A stretch of DNA of 64,000 nucleotides from the human T2T-CHM13v2.0 reference genome, Homo sapiens. Location of the stretch: the NCBI RefSeq assembly GCF_009914755.1, contig NC_060926.1. One strand, 5' to 3'. A program made the position numbers and the translations under genes. Shown piece after piece: positions 57,881-64,000 of this stretch (position 1 is the stretch's first letter; every line of letters begins with the position of its first letter). A model generated the notes under the pieces. The model was not told the origin of the DNA. It saw nothing but the letters and a program-made list of their open reading frames with translations, and made no database searches.

Positions 57881-58183
57881 GGCTGAGTGCTGTGGCTCAT
57901 GCCTGTAATCCTCACACTTTGGTATGAGAATCAATGAGTTCAAGACTAGCCTGGAAAACATAGTGAAACTCCATCTCTACAAAAAATTAAAATATAAAAA
58001 TTAGCCGGGCAAGGTGGTGCATGCCCGTAGTCCTAGCTATTTGGTTGGCTGAGGTGGGAGGATCACTTGAGCCTGCCAGGTCCGGGCTGCAGTGAGCTCT
58101 GATTATTCTACTGCACTGTAGCCTGGGTGACAGAACAAAACCATCTCTAAAAAAAAAAAAGGAAAAAATAGAAAAAGAAAAAA
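57881..58183 (+). mobile_element. AluJ with a left-arm deletion
   Basis: Dimeric Alu; ctttggtatgagaatcaatgagttc lacks part of the consensus. Confidence 0.88.
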
Positions 58184-58226
58184 TACAGAAAATTTGAAGT
58201 TTTCATCTTGATTCTAAGAGGCTTTT

Positions 58227-60550
58227 GTTCTTTTTAAGGTACAAAATTATATTAAAACAATTACATAAATTTGGGGTGTATTTAAAATTAAAATATCATC
58301 TCATCACAAGAAAGATGAAGAAGACTCCTTGCTTTGCCCTTGAGCAACCAAGAACAGTTAAAATCTGTTTTAAATCCCAAAAATACAAAAGAGACTTGCT
58401 GGAAATAACAATGCTCAGTGCTCGCAACCCAAGTCAGCCTACACTGTTGTTATATCCATTCAAATTCTAAAGCCTACAAAAATGCCTTTGTTAGAGCAAA
58501 GGGGAAAAACTCCACCTCAGGACACTTATTCAAGATGAAAGAAAGGTGTATCTTCAGTGACAGAACTGCCTGCTATCAGATGATTTCTTGCTAATGTTTT
58601 TAAAGATTATGGACTTAACTTTCTTGGTTTTCTGGTAGCTGAATCTACTCTCGCCTCCTCTCTTTTTATGCTTGCCTTCATTGCTGTTCACATTCACATC
58701 AACAGAAGGAGGCACCTTGAAACCGAATGACAGAGCAACTTGAGGCAAATTTAAGTTATTAACATTAAAAATCTGTCTCAGAGAATGAGAATCATTTACT
58801 CGTATGTATGACTTATATGCTTCCTGGGCTGACTTATGAAGAAAGTAGTTCTTTTTCATTAATTTTACAAACCAAGACTGAATGTCAGAAATTTTAGGCC
58901 AGGAAAAGTCAAATTCACTTAATGGAACCTTGGGTTGCTTCAGGTAACAAACAAAACCCAATTCTTCTGGGCAAAAACTGAGCAAGGCATGCCCTCTTTC
59001 GTTTAGGTCCCTGGCTATTGTCCCCCCACGATGAACATATTCCTTAGGGTCATCTGGAGGATAATACTGAACAATCCAGCCAGGAATATCTAGCTCTCTC
59101 CCTGCCTCATCTGTACACAATATCCCTGAATCTGCATTACAGAACTGGAAAAAATGTAATTCTACACGTAATTTTGCTTCTGGAAATGAATGGCTGAGGT
59201 AGGCAAGTCAATGTAGTTCCGCAACTCATAGTGGTATTTTACGGACCTACAGGATGAAAAGAAGACCATCAGTTTCTTCTTTCAGTTCTTAAGGAATATA
59301 AAGAGCAAAAGGAATCCTTTTTCAGAGGGACGAACAACATATCCCCGCTTGAGACTATCCACTGTTGCAGTAGCTTTATCATTATCAACACCAGCATACA
59401 TTTGTTCCTTTTTTTTTTTTTGGAGAAATCCTTGCCAGGTCTTCAAGTTTTTGAGTTTGTGTGGCGGAAAAGGGCATAGTCTCCATGTTCAAAGAAGTTT
59501 AATAATTTGCTTTAATTTCTCTTCAAACCCAGCATCCAAGATATCATTAGCCTCATCCATAACCAGACGCCATAGGTTTTTATACTTAAATCCTGCAGAA
59601 TTCTGCATACAGCCCAGGAGATGGCCTGGTGTGACCACCAGTGCTGATCCCATTTGCAAGCTTCTGTACTTCAGCAGATCTGTTACTGCCACCCATTATC
59701 AACCCATGCATGTGCATATGGTGAGTCATTAGCTCCTTAAGAACACCAAGAGTCTCAGGACAAGCTGTTTAATTAGTGAGAGAATAAAGACTCCTGTTCC
59801 ATTTCTGGACATGAATTTTAACTTAACAATTAGTTCAAATGCAGGGATGAGAAATGCCAGGGTTTTTGCCACTGCTGGTTTGTGTAGCTGCTGGAAGATC
59901 CTGCCTTCCATAAGTGGCCCATCATTTTTATGCTAAATTTCAGTCATGTTGGTAAAGCCCATTTCTTTTATTGCCTTCAAAGTGTTTTCACTGACAAAAT
60001 TAGAGAAGAAATGAAGTATTCTCATCTCTCCCATTGTCTGGCTTCCCCCCAGTTTTCTGTTTCTTCAGGAGCCTCGATACCATCTTCTTCGGATTCCCCT
60101 TTGTTTTCAGTTTTTGCTTTTTTTGTATCACGCCCAGCATTAGTCACTATTTTTCTCTTGTTCTTCTTTTCTTTTTTGATTTCGAATCTAGAGACTGAAT
60201 TGCTGCTTCTGCACTGGTTAGTATGATAGATTTCTAGTTTTCTTTAACTTTTACATTTTCTACTATTTCTTTAGACATGTCTCCATTTGGGGCTTCTGAC
60301 AAGCCCACAATCATAACATGTTTTAGGGATTTTTTTAACTTTTCCATGCCCCACTGTTTCTTCTGACACATTTCCATTTTGAGCCTCTGATAGGCTCACA
60401 TCCAAAGCCCCCGGTGGCTTTAGGTTTCACTGCCACCATTTGAAATTCTGCCTCTCCATCTTCTTGCACAGGAGTGTCATCCGTAGGTAAGATGTGTTCT
60501 TGGGGAGACGCCTTCACATCTTCACAGCAGCACCACTGTATGGGTCCTCC
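58227..60550 (-). pseudogene. DDX18: Processed pseudogene of DEAD-box RNA helicase DDX18
   Basis: Intronless; peptides WIVQYYPPDDPKEYVHR, KNYFLHKSAQEAYKSYIR, LPQVALSFGFKVPP, KKSSDSRQFCH, SRNGTGVFILS; start codon lost (ACA at 60495); many frameshifts; poly-A remnant at about 58223-58235. Confidence 0.93.
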
Positions 60551-61404
60551 ACTCTCCAAATGGCTTTTCATTAATATGCATGGCACTGAACAAACTTGCT
60601 TTATGGACCTCATATAACCAATCTGAAAGGTAGCAAGTTGTAAAATATCCATTATATTGTTCAGTATTTAAAAACATGTCTGTGAATTTTATTTATCCCA
60701 TAATTATCCTCATTGCACTCTTACAGATAACCAACAGATTTAGACACTATTCAGTAAGAAAACATTGGGTTTTTTTATACCAATTGCTACCAACTTTTAT
60801 TACAAATTGCATCTATTTTAATACAGAGTCATTCAGGGAACATCTACTGAGTACTGACTATATGGTTAAAACTTTCCACTTGCTATGAGTAGTTTAACTG
60901 AGATTAAAACTTGGTTTCTCCCCTTCTTCTAAGAACATAAAGCCTCAGTGATCTGGCTATTCCCTAACTTTCCAGCTGCAATTCCCACCAATCCCTGTCC
61001 ACACAAGATACACACCATGAGGTCTGGGTTCTGTGACCTTCTTCATGATGTCTTCGTTGCCTAAAATTGTTCTATCTCCTAACTCCCCCAGCCTAGTTAA
61101 TCCCAATTCAATCTTTGGAACTCAGTTTAATGTCACCTCATCCAGGAAGCTTCCTTACCTGCCCCTGCTTCACTTAGACTACCTTATCCCCTAAAGATTA
61201 TGACTTTTTTGAGGGCAGGAATGAGATCTTTTTTGGTTTTGTAACCTTGGGACCTAAAATTGTACCTGGCACGTAGTAGAATCTCAATCAATACCTGTCG
61301 AAAGGGAAAGTTTTAAGCATAGTGGTTGTTAAGTAGCTTGTAAGAAAGTCAAAACATGGATGCAAATATTAAATATCAGCATAAGATGTATCACAGGATG
61401 GAAT

Positions 61405-61880
61405 AGGTATATTTTTTTTCCTGGAGCTGCTGTACAAACTACCACAAATGTGGTGGCTTAAAACAGAAATGTATTCTCTCACAATTCTGGAGGTCAGAAG
61501 TCCAAAACCAAGATGCTGAGAGGACCACACTCTTTCCAAGGGTTCTAGGGTAGATTTCTTTCAATGCCTCCTTCCTAGTTTCTAAGGGTGGCTGCCAACC
61601 CCAGTGTTGCTTGGTTTGTAGCTTCAGCATTCCAATCTCTATCTCTTTCTTTGCATTGCCTTCTCTTCTGTGTTGTCTGTCTTATAAAGATATATGTGAT
61701 GGCATTTAGTGCTCATTCAGATAATTCAGGATAAACCCCTCCTCTCAAGATTCTTAACTTAATCACATCTTTTGCAATATAAGGTAATATTTGCTCTTTT
61801 ACCACATAGGGTAATATTCACAGGTTCCAGCGATTAGGATGTGTACATATGTTTTCAGGACCACCATCCAATACACCGTA
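61405..61880 (-). mobile_element. MLT1C-like LTR
   Basis: gctgctgtacaaactaccacaaa...ggcttaaaacagaaat...ttctggaggtcagaagtcc. Confidence 0.85.
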
Positions 61881-62379
61881 GTATGTGTAAGTTAGTAAGG
61901 AATCCAGGAAAAGTCATGAGAATTCAGAAGGAAGAAAGCACAATGTGCCAAAGTGACAGCCACATGGTCTTAACACTTTGAAGTGTCAATGTAATTGGTA
62001 GTTATCACCATGGCTCCTTTGAAGTAGCCCAGTGATGCCAATTTCCTTGAAGAAGAAAGTGAAGAAAGAAAGGATGTGTGCATATTGCAGAAAGACTAGT
62101 GATGAGGCCAAAATTGGGATTTAACTCTCTTCTCTTCAATCCTTGATTTATTGCCTATACTCTTTTACCATCCAAAAGAAAGACAGATAAATGGCAGACA
62201 CATCACAGAGCTGCCACCTATTATTTAAATGGCAGATTTTCAGCTTCTTCTTTATTCCTGCTGAAGTTCTCATAGCAGAGATGTTAATGCAATACTCTGG
62301 ACAAAAGAAGTGCAGTATCAAAGCTGGGGGCGTCCCACAGTCAACAAATACTGACTCAGCATCTGCCCTTAGCAAAATA

Positions 62380-63540
62380 TTGTGAGGAATGTGAAGAATA
62401 ATTAGACATGTATTCATGCTCAAGGAGCTACCATCTCATAGAATACATGTGGTCAGGTAACAAGCAGAAGGCAGTAATTCTCATGGCCCAGATAGAAGAC
62501 TGTGGGAGTTTAGAGAGAGAGAGACCATTCCTGGCTGCAGTCATCAGGAAAGTCTTCATGGAGCAGATGGCATCAGAACAGGGCATTGAATGGAAAGCAC
62601 TTTAATAAGTAGAACTGGAGGTGAAGAAGACAGAGGAGTGATCTAGGGCAACTCAAGCAGGATGGAGAATTTTTTTTTTTAAGTGTGGAGATGAAAGAAT
62701 GGAAAGTGTGTTGGGAAATGAGACATTCAGGGTATATGCATAGAACCATGGGAGATAAAAATGAAAAGAAAAATTGTTATATCTGGTTCTTGACTGTCAA
62801 GCAAGTGATACGGACTTTCTTAACTAGGCATGAAACTGTCATTAAAGATATTTTGAATAAAGAAAAGACATAATCAGATATAATCAGAGTTGTTTGAGAA
62901 GATCACTCTGGCAGTGGTGTGAAAGATATATTAGAAGGCAGAAGAGGCTAGATGCTGGAAAATTATTGCAATAGAACAGACGAGAGCTAAATAAAGGTCT
63001 TGATTAGGGAGGCCGCCATGTGAAAGGCATGTGAAAAAAGAAGTGAGAGCAATTTCAAAGAAAATTCAATAGGATATAATGGCTTATTGGAGATATGGGA
63101 TTGAAGACATAGGAGACATCAGAGATGAGTTTGAGACTGAAATATAGTAATGCAAAATAGTGATGACTTTGGAAGAATCTGGAAAGTCAGGAGAATGGAC
63201 ACGTTTAACAGCAAAAATGATTAACCTAGTTTACAAATGTTAAGTTTCAAGAACCAGCAGGATACAGATACTAAGAAGGACATGAACGTAAGAATCATTC
63301 CCATGGAGAAAATAATTGAAGTCACAGAAATTTATACCATCACAAAGAAAGGGGAAGAATTCCTAAAGCTTAAGGAATGTCCATCATAATTAATGAATGG
63401 TAGAAGAACAGAAGCTAGCCAAGAACATCAAGAGCAAGAAGTGATTTGACCAAAGAAGAAACAGGAATCCAAATGCTGAAGTGAACAGAATTTAAGAGAG
63501 AGGAGAACTTCAAGGTGGGGTCACTAATATCAAGTAGTTT
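62380..63540 (-). mobile_element. L2 LINE remnant
   Basis: gaagatcactctggcag, caggaaagtcttcatggag, gaaaattcaatagga motifs. Confidence 0.65.
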
Positions 63541-63563
63541 AAATTCCAAAAATGTATTATCAA

Positions 63564-64000
63564 GGGGGAGCTGATTATAATGTTGACACAGTCTTGTACA
63601 ACATAATCCTAAATGATGAAATCCTGAAAGATCAAAATCCCTAAAGTCTAAAGTCCCAGAAATGTAATTTGGGAAAAAAAAATGTTAAAAGTTCTTTAAA
63701 AGACATTTCACACTTTAAAAGGGGGGTTTATTTGAGAAACATATCACAACAGAACATTTCATAGGCTACTTCACATAATAATATAGGCAATAATAACATA
63801 CATATTGTTGCAAGCAAATGCTCTCATATACTGACAACAGTTACACAGGTATAACAGTTATAAGCAAATGATATGCATAAAGAAATAGAATAAAAAAGGA
63901 AATGTATAAAAAGGGAAACATATAAACACATGGTAACTTGGTTAGTAATTGTGTGCACTCAGGTTTATAACTACAGTCATCTGAAATACTGTGATGACAA
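63564..64000. mobile_element. Ricksha-like MuDR DNA transposon end, running off the window
   Basis: cataatcctaaatgatgaaatcctgaaagatcaaaatccctaaagtctaaa resembles the Ricksha subterminal repeats as recalled. Confidence 0.7.

Overview
Primate (human-like), AT-rich, repeat-dense intronic or intergenic DNA. No intact cellular protein-coding gene, RNA gene or CRISPR array is supportable. Most recognisable content is transposable elements: a full-length 5'-inverted L1PA3/4-like element (7.4-13.6 kb), a full-length L1PA7-like element nested in a Charlie1 DNA transposon (18.3-26.9 kb), a five-layer nest of MLT1 > L1MB > Tigger1 > L1PA15/16 > Alu (30.3-38.4 kb), and many Alu, MIR, L2, MaLR LTR and MER elements. 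A decayed processed DDX18 pseudogene lies on the minus strand (58.2-60.55 kb). I found no convincing new biological system. The best leads are structural: the inverted L1 whose antisense promoter now faces an in-frame chimeric ORF1p-RRM ORF and is bounded by 39-bp inverted repeats, a locally templated 200-bp L1 copy, a patchwork templated insertion, and a triplicated Tigger1 end. Subfamily names and consensus comparisons are from memory, not from a database search, and the boundaries of old repeats are approximate.
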